From Nitrospirota bacterium (GTDB lineage: Bacteria; Nitrospirota; Thermodesulfovibrionia; UBA6902): a stretch of 64,000 nucleotides of DNA. Both the position numbers and the translations under genes were made by a program. Of this stretch, positions 32,161 through 40,715 are shown piece after piece; positions within the stretch are counted from its first letter, which is position 1, and every line of letters starts with the position of its first letter. Below the pieces are notes generated by a model, which had not been told where the DNA came from, ran no database searches, and was given only the letters and a program-made list of their open reading frames with translations. The stretch spans positions 197,158 through 261,157 of the forward strand of contig JACQZE010000005.1 in NCBI GenBank assembly GCA_016207885.1, given 5' to 3'.

Positions 32161-32230
32161 ATTCTTTTGGTGTTGCTCTGCAATCCCCTCCCCAACTTGA
32201 AATCACAAATTGTGATTTCAAGTTTTCATT
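32161..32230 (-). pseudogene. Short ORF6N-like remnant centred on a perfect 31-bp palindrome
   Basis: The minus strand reads ENLKSQFVISSWGG.CRATP, an ORF6N-type motif. DNA at 32194-32224 is AACTTGAAATCACAA-A-TTGTGATTTCAAGTT. Confidence 0.6.
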
Positions 32231-32312
32231 AATATTCCAAGTCGCTCATAACCGGCTATTTTATTTCAAGATAATGAATTAATCCGGATGATGTTAGACA
32301 CAAATAAATGTC

Positions 32313-32341
32313 TTGGCAAAAATCATTTTTAGGAATAGAAT
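32313..32341 (+). promoter_or_regulatory. Sigma70-like promoter of Bro-N copy 1
   Basis: TTGGCA-N17-TAGAAT, conserved upstream of copy 2 (47554-47582). Confidence 0.6.
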
Positions 32342-32373
32342 AAGGCATTATTCCTTTGGTCATAAGGAGGCAG

Positions 32374-33201
32374 ATGGAAACGAATATTGCAGTTTTTAGA
32401 GGTAAGGGGATCAGAAAGACGATTCATAAGAATGAATGGTGGTTTGTCGTTGAGGATGTTGTATTGGCGCTTATTGAATCAAGCGACTCAAAACAATATA
32501 TACAGCGCATGAAACAGCGCGATCCCGAACTAGGCAAAGGGTGGGTACAAATTGTACATACCCTTTCCATAGATACTGAAGGCGGTCTTCAAAAGATGAA
32601 CTGCGCCAACACAGAGGGCATTTTCCGCATTATTCAGTCTATCCCATCCCCTAAGGCGGAGCCTTTCAAACGCTGGCTGGCAAAGGTTGGTTATGAACGA
32701 GTTCAGGAGATCGAAAATCCTGAACTCGGAACAAAGCGGACAAGAGAATTGTATAAGGCAAAGGGATATTCCGATGAATGGATAGAAAAGCGCATGCGCG
32801 GCATTGCGATCAGGGAAGAGCTTACAGACGAATGGAAGAAGAGGGAAGTGAAGGAGAAAAAGGAATATGAGATACTTACTGCCGAGATCGCAAAGGCTGC
32901 ATTCGGCGTAACCCCGGGTCAGCATAAGAAATTAAAAGGGTTGAAACGCGAGAACCTGAGAGACCATATGAATGACCTTGAGCTGATATTCTCAATGCTT
33001 GGCGAAGCTGCTACAACGGAGATAACTAAAGTTGATGATGCAAAAGGGTTTCATGAGAGCAAACGTTCAGCGCGCAAAGGTGGCGAGGTTGCAGGCATGG
33101 CGAGAAAAGACCTTGAGAAGAAGACGGGAAAGAGGGTTGTTTCAAAGGAGAATTATCTGACTGAACCTGAGAGCAGGAAAAGATTGGGAAGGAAGAAGTA
33201 G
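32374..33201 (+). CDS. Bro-N domain (antirepressor-like) DNA-binding protein, copy 1
   Basis: EWWF..DV, FRIIQSIPSPKAEPFKRWLAKVG and ENLRDHM; AGGAGG Shine-Dalgarno. Confidence 0.88.
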   Translation: METNIAVFRGKGIRKTIHKNEWWFVVEDVVLALIESSDSKQYIQRMKQRDPELGKGWVQIVHTLSIDTEGGLQKMNCANTEGIFRIIQSIPSPKAEPFKRWLAKVGYERVQEIENPELGTKRTRELYKAKGYSDEWIEKRMRGIAIREELTDEWKKREVKEKKEYEILTAEIAKAAFGVTPGQHKKLKGLKRENLRDHMNDLELIFSMLGEAATTEITKVDDAKGFHESKRSARKGGEVAGMARKDLEKKTGKRVVSKENYLTEPESRKRLGRKK

Positions 33202-33218
33202 AAAACTGAAGGGTTACT

Positions 33219-33389
33219 ATGGGAAACGAAGCTAAGAAGACCGAACATGCCGGTTCTAAAAAAGGGAATGGCGCTTATTGGGGAATAAAGGCAGCAGCCC
33301 AAAAGGAGTCTAATAAAAAGCGCCGGGAGAATGATAAGTCTTATGTGTCGGAGCAAAGAGATATTTCAAAACCGATTGCTGACCGCTAA
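33219..33389 (+). pseudogene. Frameshifted small basic protein (KTEHAGSKK-GNGAYWG...KESNKKRR)
   Basis: Two frames join with one missing base near 33265 into a coherent Lys/Arg-rich peptide. Confidence 0.4.
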
Positions 33390-33455
33390 TCTTTAGCCGC
33401 TTGCAATAGAAGCGAAAGAGGAAGCCCTTGCTGATGCTGAAGAATTGAGACATAA

Positions 33456-33550
33456 ATGAACTACGCCGCCGCAAGCGGACGGGGTATCAAAACCCAAAAA
33501 CACAAGCAAGATGCGCCACAAGTGGCGGTGAATTAACACTTAAAGAGATT
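33456..33550. mobile_element. Small non-autonomous hairpin element (IS200/IS605-end- or MITE-like)
   Basis: GAACTACGCCGCCGCAAGCGGACGGGGTATC...CGCCACAAGTGGCG...AAAGAGATT, two GC hairpins. The flanks read like one interrupted HicB-like fragment. Confidence 0.45.
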
Positions 33551-33722
33551 GAATTGGTTATTGAACGCAGAGAAAGAAGCGGGGGAACTGAAACATTGAT
33601 GATCTCATCATGCTATCTGTCTTGCATCATTTTATATGGCAAAAAATTGTCTACCGTAACCCCTTCAATGTTAAGTCCATGAACCGAGAAAAAAGAGTTA
33701 CGAGATCGTTGATAATAGGAAG

Positions 33723-34265
33723 TTATGTAAATAGTGCATAAAGCCATAACCAAATATTAATCGTTGGCAAATTAAATATAAATGAGATTGCATAAATAAA
33801 AGTGATTAACGATGCTATTGTCTCATAAAATTCAAAATCCAGTTCTCGTAATATATAAAGAGGGCCTATTGTATATAAAGCAACCATTGGCAAAAAAATT
33901 ATTCCAACTAATAACCCACTAAAAAATATAACAATAAAACCAAAAAATATTATGACACATAAAAGTAAAAACCAAGTCATTCCTGATGCTGAATCAATAA
34001 ATGCTGTAGTAACTAAAGCCCCTTCTCCACTATACTTAAAAATGCCTACTATACTCATTAGCATAAAGACAGTAAAGATTGAGTAAGTTGAAGGCTTATT
34101 AAAAATGTAGTCACGTGCAAAACATCGAGTTACAAATACAGACGCAATAAAAATCCCCCATGTTCCACTTGATAACACCTGTGAAGTAGCATTATCAGGT
34201 GTAACACATCCTGTTAAAAATAATGGCAAGATAATTAAAAAATATTTTTTTTGATTCTTTAACAC
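33723..34265 (-). CDS. AT-rich hypothetical membrane protein with a lipobox-like motif
   Basis: FLTGC lipobox followed by several hydrophobic segments; very low GC. Confidence 0.55.
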   Translation of the reverse strand: MLKNQKKYFLIILPLFLTGCVTPDNATSQVLSSGTWGIFIASVFVTRCFARDYIFNKPSTYSIFTVFMLMSIVGIFKYSGEGALVTTAFIDSASGMTWFLLLCVIIFFGFIVIFFSGLLVGIIFLPMVALYTIGPLYILRELDFEFYETIASLITFIYAISFIFNLPTINIWLWLYALFT

Positions 34266-34408
34266 CGAAACACTATATCCATAAGTAATTGTTGCTTGTC
34301 ATCTACTATTTTGAGAAGAAACTATCAATCATTGATAATAGAAAGTTATTAATTACTTTATCTCTTCTTGATTCCCTAACATATAATATTTCTTTGCAAG
34401 GATGGATA

Positions 34409-35626
34409 TTACTTCTTAGCCACTATCTTCAAAAACCGTCTCTTCCCAACTTTCAGAAGGTATTCACCGGCAGTAAGTTTTTTATCAGGGTCATCAAACT
34501 TCTCATCATCAACCTTCACACCGCCCTGCTGCATGAGCCTTATGGCCTCTCCGGTGCTTTTGACTGAGCTGGAATCTTTTAAAACTTTGGGAAGCCAGAA
34601 GTCATTCTCATCTTCCAGTATGTAAACAGGAACGTCATCGGGCACGCCATGATCTTTAAAGATGCTGTCAAACTCTTCCTTCGCCTTGAGCGCCTCGTCT
34701 TTGCTGTGATACCTCTCAGTTATCTCAAGGGCAAGTTCTTCTTTTGCTTTTTTAGGATGGACAGAACCGTCTTTCAGTCCTTCTTTTAATTTAGCAAGTT
34801 CATCAATAGATATATGGCTTAAAAGTTCATAGTACTTGACCATTAGCTCATCGCTGATGGAGAGGATCTTTCCGTAGATATCTTTTGCAGGTTCTGAGAT
34901 GCCGATGTAGTTGCCGAGGCTCTTTGACATCTTCTTTATGCCGTCCGTTCCTTCAAGAAGCGGCATGATGACAAGCACCTGCGGCTCCTGTCCGTCCTTC
35001 TCCTGAAGCTCCCTACCCATCAGGAGGTTGAACCTCTGGTCTGTGCCTCCAAGCTCGACATCAGATTGAAGCACGACTGAATCATATCCCTGAAGGAGCG
35101 GGTACATGAACTCATGTATGCCGATGGAGTTATTATTTGCAAACCTCTTTTTAAAGTCGTCCCGCTCAAGCATGCGGGCAACGGTCTGTTTTGCCTGAAG
35201 CTTTATGATCTCTATGGTTGAGAGCTTATCAAGCCACTCGCTGTTGAAGCGTATTTCTGTTTTCTCAGGGTCAAGAACCTTAAAGACCTGGGTCTTGTAT
35301 GTCTCCGCATTCTTCAAGACCTCTTCCTTTGTAAGCGGCTTTCTTATCTCATTTCTTCCTGTAGGGTCGCCTATCATGCCTGTGAGGTCTCCGATTATGA
35401 GGGTGAGCTGGTGCCCGATATCCTGTAGCTGGCGCATCTTCTGAAGGAGCACAGTATGTCCGAGGTGGATGTCAGGAGCGGTGGGGTCAAAACCGACCTT
35501 CAGCTTTAAAGGCTTCTTCTCTTTGTAAGAGCGTTCAAGCTTCTTGAGAAGCTCCTTTTCGAGCAGGATCTCAAACGTTCCCCTCTTAAATATCTTCAGC
35601 TGTTCTTCAGGTTTAAGCATAGACAT
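34409..35626 (-). CDS. tyrS: Tyrosine-tRNA ligase
   Basis: [26 protein letters not shown] and a C-terminal S4 domain. Confidence 0.98.
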   Translation of the reverse strand: MSMLKPEEQLKIFKRGTFEILLEKELLKKLERSYKEKKPLKLKVGFDPTAPDIHLGHTVLLQKMRQLQDIGHQLTLIIGDLTGMIGDPTGRNEIRKPLTKEEVLKNAETYKTQVFKVLDPEKTEIRFNSEWLDKLSTIEIIKLQAKQTVARMLERDDFKKRFANNNSIGIHEFMYPLLQGYDSVVLQSDVELGGTDQRFNLLMGRELQEKDGQEPQVLVIMPLLEGTDGIKKMSKSLGNYIGISEPAKDIYGKILSISDELMVKYYELLSHISIDELAKLKEGLKDGSVHPKKAKEELALEITERYHSKDEALKAKEEFDSIFKDHGVPDDVPVYILEDENDFWLPKVLKDSSSVKSTGEAIRLMQQGGVKVDDEKFDDPDKKLTAGEYLLKVGKRRFLKIVAKK

Positions 35627-35671
35627 GGTTAGAAAAGAATACAGGATTTATGTATGAAGATTCAATAACAG

Positions 35672-37546
35672 CTACTTCTTCATCAGCGCCTTAACGCTTG
35701 GGAACGCATCCATGTTCGTGTGCGGGATGAACAATCCTGAGACATACTCATCCATAAATGAGCGTGAGACAGAGAGTTCGAGATATGTCATCCTCTCTGC
35801 TATCTTCTCGCCTTCTTTCCGCAGTTTTCTGGAGAGCGAGCAGAGGTATGCGCCTGTGACAGAGGTATTGCCTAAGAATTTAAACTTCTCTCTCGGCATG
35901 TCAGGAAGCATTCCAAGTATTATCGCTTTTTCAATATCAAGGAACTTTCCGAATCCGCCTGCTATATAGACCTTTTGAATATCATCAAATGTAAAACCAA
36001 CTTCGCTGAGAAGTATCGAAATGCCCGCGTAGATGGCGGCTTTTGCCCTGAGTATATTCTCTATGTCAGGCTCGGTCAGAACGATATCCCTGTCCTTTCC
36101 GTAATGGATCACGAACTCAAGTCCGTCCTCGCCCATCCTCACTCTCTTTGAAACATCTTTCTGCAGCTTGCCCCTCTGGTCAATGATGCCTGTGAAGAAC
36201 ATCTCAGATATCGCGTCGATCATTCCCGAGCCGCAGATGCCGAGCGGCTGAGATTCGCCTATCACCTCGATCTCAGGCTCAAGCGTGCTGCGGTTTATCT
36301 TCACATCCTCTATCGCTCCCTCTGTCGCGCGCATGCCGTGCTTCATGCCGCTTCCTTCAAAGCACGGGCCTGCTGAACATGCGGCAGCCACAAGCAACTC
36401 AGAGTTGCCGAGCACTATCTCGCCGTTGGTGCCGATATCCATAAATAGAGAGAGTTCCTCCCGTTTATACATCCCTGACGCAAGAACGCCTGAGACGATG
36501 TCCCCGCCTACATAACTTGAGACTGAAGGGAAGGTGTATACAGGCGTATTCGGGTTTAGATTTATTCCGAGCTCGCCTGTGAAAGAGATCGGGAAAGTAT
36601 TTGCAGTCGGAATATAAGGTTCCTCTCTTATTGATGAAGGGTCGAGGCTGAAGAAGAGCTGTGTCATTGTCGGGTTGCCCGCGATAACGAGCTGGTCTAT
36701 CGTATCAGGGTCTGTAGCGTGCGCCTTCATCAGCAGCGCCAGCATGATGTTGATGTCATTTATGACAGCCTCATTGATATTGGCGAGCTCGCCGTGCTCT
36801 GTCGCATGCACGATCCTTGTGATGACATCATCCCCGAACCTTATCTGCGAATTATATGTTGATGCGATATCAACTACCTTGCCGTCTGTCAGGTCGATCA
36901 GATAGAGCGCAAGCGTTGTGGTACCGATATCAACAGCAACGCCGTAGCGCGGCGACTCTTTATCTCCCGGAAAGATATTAATGACCTCATGGCAGTCATC
37001 GGTATGTATCGAGGATATCGTCACCTCCCATTTATCTTTTCTCAATGTCGCGGAAAGGTTCTTCAACAATCTGAAAGGCACCTTTAAACAGGAGAGTCCG
37101 TATGCATCCAGCCCTCTCTTGAGCCTCGCAAGGTCGCTGATATTGTCATCAAGTGACGCAGGAGGAAGCTGAAGCAGTGTCCTCTCAGTAAGCGGGTCGA
37201 GCTCTGCGCCTGAGGCTGCGAAGAGGGCCTGAAGGTCTTTGGACTTTTCAGTCGCTATCTTGCCTTCAATCGTGAGGACAGACTCTTTGGGAATATCTAT
37301 TGTAAGGTCGCTTTGCGGAAAGGTCTTGCAGGCAAGCGCATAGCCGCGGCCTATCTCTTCGTGTGAAAGCTTTGTCTTTGCTTTAGAATCTGCAGAGCCT
37401 GACTTTACGATAACCTTGCACTTGCCACAGGTGCCTTTGCCCGCGCATGAAGATGTAAGGAACACGCCCTCTCGGTTGAGGCTTTCAAGGAGCGATGAAT
37501 CAGCGGATGCAGGAATGACCTTGCCGGATGCGAGTGTTATCTTCAT
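35672..37546 (-). CDS. ASKHA ATPase with a 2Fe-2S domain (RACo/AcsV-type reductive activator of corrinoid proteins)
   Basis: CAGKGTCGKC...LACK 2Fe-2S motif, VDIGTTT, DIGTNGE, AGPCFEG, GICGSG and AGGFG. Confidence 0.92.
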   Translation of the reverse strand: MKITLASGKVIPASADSSLLESLNREGVFLTSSCAGKGTCGKCKVIVKSGSADSKAKTKLSHEEIGRGYALACKTFPQSDLTIDIPKESVLTIEGKIATEKSKDLQALFAASGAELDPLTERTLLQLPPASLDDNISDLARLKRGLDAYGLSCLKVPFRLLKNLSATLRKDKWEVTISSIHTDDCHEVINIFPGDKESPRYGVAVDIGTTTLALYLIDLTDGKVVDIASTYNSQIRFGDDVITRIVHATEHGELANINEAVINDINIMLALLMKAHATDPDTIDQLVIAGNPTMTQLFFSLDPSSIREEPYIPTANTFPISFTGELGINLNPNTPVYTFPSVSSYVGGDIVSGVLASGMYKREELSLFMDIGTNGEIVLGNSELLVAAACSAGPCFEGSGMKHGMRATEGAIEDVKINRSTLEPEIEVIGESQPLGICGSGMIDAISEMFFTGIIDQRGKLQKDVSKRVRMGEDGLEFVIHYGKDRDIVLTEPDIENILRAKAAIYAGISILLSEVGFTFDDIQKVYIAGGFGKFLDIEKAIILGMLPDMPREKFKFLGNTSVTGAYLCSLSRKLRKEGEKIAERMTYLELSVSRSFMDEYVSGLFIPHTNMDAFPSVKALMKK

Positions 37547-37561
37547 TTTATTTCTTCTGTT

Positions 37562-37770
37562 CCCCTCTTGCCTAAAGCACCTACTTTTGGTAGGCAAAGA
37601 GGGCCTGCCTGCCGGTAGGCAGGGTTAGGGGAGATTTTGCAATTGTAGATCATTCCATTATTTCTTTATTGATGTATTAATTTTCTGATTATAATAAAGC
37701 ATTATTATAAAATCCCCCCGTGCCCCCCTTGCCTAAAGCACCTACTTTTGGTTGTTAAAGTGGGGATTTT
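37562..37770. repeat. Composite REP-like cluster
   Basis: 25-bp direct repeat CTTGCCTAAAGCACCTACTTTTGGT at 37567 and 37728; palindrome CCTGCCTGCCGGTAGGCAGG at 37604; AAATCCCC/GGGGATTT-type ends. Confidence 0.75.
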
Positions 37771-37790
37771 ATAAGAGACTTGCCTGATAA

Positions 37791-38762
37791 TTATTTTCTA
37801 AGCTCTTTGGCTGCTTCCATCGCGTGGTATGTGATTATGATGTCAGCGCCTGCCCTTTTTATGGAGGTGAGAATCTCCATCATGACCTTATTCTCATCTA
37901 TCCAGCCGAGCTTGGCTGCCGCCTTGACCATTGAGTATTCGCCGCTGACATTGTATGCGGCAACAGGCAGGTCAAAGGTATTTTTAATATCCGATATGAT
38001 GTCAAGATATGACAGCGCAGGCTTGACCATTACGATGTCAGCGCCTTCTTCTATATCAAGCGCAACTTCCCTAAGCGCCTCGATCCTGTTAGGAGGGTCC
38101 ATCTGGTAGCTCTTCCTGTCACCGAACTGCGGCACTGATTCTGCCGCATCCCTGAACGGGCCGTAAAAAGCAGAAGCGTATTTCGCGGCATAGCTCATTA
38201 TCGGTGTATCATCAAAACCGTGCTCATCAAGCGCGTCTCTTATATAACCTATCCTGCCGTCCATCATGTCTGAAGGGGCGATGATATCCGCGCCTGCCTC
38301 TGCATGCGAGAGCGCCTCTTTCGCAAGCACCTCAAGCGTCGGGTCATTCAGCACCTTTTCTCCCTTTATAATTCCGCAGTGGCCGTGGTCAGTATATTCG
38401 CACAGGCAGACATCCGTTATGACAAGAAGGCCGGGAACCTTATTCTTTATCGCCTTTACAGCAGTCTGAACCACGCCGTTCTTTTTATATGCCTCTGACG
38501 CATGGGCATCCTTATGCTCAGGAATGCCAAAGAGCAGAACAGCAGGTATGCCGAGCTTGTATGCTGCCTGCGCTTCCTTGACGATGAGATCCACAGACAT
38601 CTGAAAACATCCGGGCATCGCGTTTATCTTCTTCTTTACGTTCTTGCCAAAGGTCACGAACAATGGATATACGAGGTCATCCGTACTGAGATGTGTTTCA
38701 CGAACCAGCCTTCTTATGCTTTCATTTGCCCTGAGCCTTCTCGGCCTGTTTAGTAAAGACAT
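37791..38762 (-). CDS. hemB: Porphobilinogen synthase
   Basis: [36 protein letters not shown] and YNVSGEY motifs. Confidence 0.98.
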   Translation of the reverse strand: MSLLNRPRRLRANESIRRLVRETHLSTDDLVYPLFVTFGKNVKKKINAMPGCFQMSVDLIVKEAQAAYKLGIPAVLLFGIPEHKDAHASEAYKKNGVVQTAVKAIKNKVPGLLVITDVCLCEYTDHGHCGIIKGEKVLNDPTLEVLAKEALSHAEAGADIIAPSDMMDGRIGYIRDALDEHGFDDTPIMSYAAKYASAFYGPFRDAAESVPQFGDRKSYQMDPPNRIEALREVALDIEEGADIVMVKPALSYLDIISDIKNTFDLPVAAYNVSGEYSMVKAAAKLGWIDENKVMMEILTSIKRAGADIIITYHAMEAAKELRK

Positions 38763-38883
38763 ATCCGCTCCTTTTATATATGAAATAGGTTAAAAACTGC
38801 TTGTCTTGATTGATAAAGTATACCAGATTTGATAGTTTGAATCCCCTGTATTTCAGGGCTGTTTTCTTTTGATTGTTCATTAA

Positions 38884-39729
38884 TTATTCTTTTGGATCTT
38901 GCCATTTCCAAGAGCTTTCCTCATATCTATGCTCTTTGTCTTCATCACAATAACCAGAGTTATCATATGGTGGCTCTGGAAACCAGAGCATTGTAAGCAC
39001 TACCCCATAATCTATCATTGGCACGCAGCTTTCGAAAAGAGTAGTGGCATTATCTATCCCCTTCCCATTAAACCAGAACGTAGCATGTACTTCTTGTGAC
39101 TCGGCTTCTTGAACGACACCTTTTAGGGAATATGATGCTGTTAAAGTACCTGGAGAAACTTGTTTGCCATGTTCAATCCAGTATGGAAAAGAAGATGATT
39201 TTTGAAACCATTTTATTTTATTCTCTGAAGTTGCAATCAAGACACAACAATCTTCAGTATGTTTTGCGAATTTGATCGCGGTTGCTGTCAGACTTGTCCC
39301 ACAGTCATCGGCAAGTTCTTGAATACTTTCGAAATCTGGCTTGTATTGATAAAGCAATGGCTTAAATAGCCTTTCAGGTAAGAGAAATTCTGACGCAAAC
39401 TGATCAGCCTCTACTTCTTTTATATCCTTGTTCTTAAAGGGATTAGGTATACATTGATAGTTATTTTGATCATGAGAGGGGATACAATGATGAGCAATTT
39501 CATGCGCTAAGGTAAAATGCTTTCTACCTATATTTGTAATATTCTTATTTATGTTGATTACAACTTTGTCACCCACGCGAAGATACAACCCATCAAAACT
39601 ATCTGCATCAACTTCTACAACGTTGAGTTTTAAAGAGCAGGCAATAGTAAAAGGATTGACGGGCAAACTAATTACATTCAAGTCGTTTAGAAGCGTAGAG
39701 GCGTAATATTCAGGATTCAAGGCAATCAT
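38884..39729 (-). CDS. ImmA/IrrE (M78) metallopeptidase with a C-terminal GAF-like region (CapP-like)
   Basis: FTLAHEIAH, EVEADQFASEFLLP and TSLTAT; overlaps the XRE gene. Confidence 0.9.
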   Translation of the reverse strand: MIALNPEYYASTLLNDLNVISLPVNPFTIACSLKLNVVEVDADSFDGLYLRVGDKVVININKNITNIGRKHFTLAHEIAHHCIPSHDQNNYQCIPNPFKNKDIKEVEADQFASEFLLPERLFKPLLYQYKPDFESIQELADDCGTSLTATAIKFAKHTEDCCVLIATSENKIKWFQKSSSFPYWIEHGKQVSPGTLTASYSLKGVVQEAESQEVHATFWFNGKGIDNATTLFESCVPMIDYGVVLTMLWFPEPPYDNSGYCDEDKEHRYEESSWKWQDPKE

Positions 39730-40067
39730 TTCCTTTCGGATTTCAAAAATTTGATCTGTCGTAAAATCATTTCTCTGTCTTTTGCCGACAGGTTTTTGAA
39801 ATCCCTGAAAAGTAGCTGCACATCGGGATCTTGGAGAATGTCTTCGAGTTCATCTTTAGATGTTTGTCCCAAAAGGCGACTGACAGTAGTCTTCAGAGCT
39901 TTAGCAAGCTTTTCTAATACCTCAGTTGATGGATATCTATCTCCATTTTCAATTTGACTGATTGTAGAGGGGCGAACACCTGCGATTTCTGCCAACTTCG
40001 TTTGGTTCCAGCCAGTTTTAATCCTTTCCGCTTTTATTCTATCCCCTACAGTTTCAGACATACTCAT
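39726..40067 (-). CDS. XRE-family HTH repressor (CapH-like)
   Basis: GWNQTKLAEIAGVRPSTISQIENGDRYPS helix-turn-helix and C-terminal LFRDFKNLS. Confidence 0.92.
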   Translation of the reverse strand: MSMSETVGDRIKAERIKTGWNQTKLAEIAGVRPSTISQIENGDRYPSTEVLEKLAKALKTTVSRLLGQTSKDELEDILQDPDVQLLFRDFKNLSAKDREMILRQIKFLKSERK

Positions 40068-40117
40068 TCTCCCTTCTTAAAATATATTGATATGATAACA
40101 GAATTAACAATAAATAA

Positions 40118-40193
40118 TCACGGCTGTGAAATATTAAATCACAGTGGCTTGACTTTATTGTCACAACTGTGATAATGTAAATCACGTTAGAGA
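40118..40193. promoter_or_regulatory. Divergent promoter with TCAC-N4-GTGA operator repeats
   Basis: TCACGGCTGTGA (40118), TCACAACTGTGA (40161, lying between TTGACT and GATAAT) and degenerate copies at 40139 and 40182. Confidence 0.65.
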
Positions 40194-40233
40194 GTTTTAG
40201 TGGGTTATAGATAATATTAAAAAGGAGGTGAAA

Positions 40234-40407
40234 ATGGCAAAGAATCCACCAATAGGAGATGGACATAGACATGGAGCAGTCAGAGATCGCTCACAGGTGC
40301 AAAATTCCAAAACAGAAAGATGGACGAAGCGCGACACTGAGACTGGTCGCTTCAAGGATGTTAAATCAGACGGAACTCCGTTTAAGGGAGTTCGCAAGGA
40401 AAAATAG
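40234..40407 (+). CDS. 57-aa small basic protein
   Basis: MAKNPPIGDGHRHGAVRDRSQVQNSKTERWTKRDTETGRFKDVKSDGTPFKGVRKEK with a perfect AGGAGGTG Shine-Dalgarno; below the ORF-track cutoff. Confidence 0.85.
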   Translation: MAKNPPIGDGHRHGAVRDRSQVQNSKTERWTKRDTETGRFKDVKSDGTPFKGVRKEK

Positions 40408-40421
40408 GAGGTAGTAAGGAA

Positions 40422-40715
40422 ATGGAAAAAGAAAAAGAGCACAAGGAAGACCACAAAAATGAAGCACCCGGTCAAAACAAAGAATATGCGATCATTGTGA
40501 ATGGTCGGCAAAAGGTCGTGACCACAAAAGAGCTTTCGTTTGACGAAGTTGTCGCTTTAGCTTTTGACAATCCTCCGACTGGCCAGAATATCGTTTTCAC
40601 TGTGACATATAGACGGGGCGAAGGCAATAAGCCCGAGGGAACCTTGGTCGAGGGGGGAAAAGTCAAAATCAAAGAGGGAATAATCTTTAATGTCACAGCA
40701 ACTGATAAATCGTAA
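40422..40715 (+). CDS. Multi-ubiquitin-family ubiquitin-like (beta-grasp) protein
   Basis: IIVNGRQK...ELSFDEVVALAF...FTVTYRRG...EGTLVEG..VKIKEGIIFNVTATDKS; AGGAGG Shine-Dalgarno. Confidence 0.85.
   Translation: MEKEKEHKEDHKNEAPGQNKEYAIIVNGRQKVVTTKELSFDEVVALAFDNPPTGQNIVFTVTYRRGEGNKPEGTLVEGGKVKIKEGIIFNVTATDKS

Noticed and set aside
37547-37790. Cobalamin riboswitch upstream of the RACo gene
   Set aside because: No recognisable B12-box; the structure is explained by REP-like repeats.
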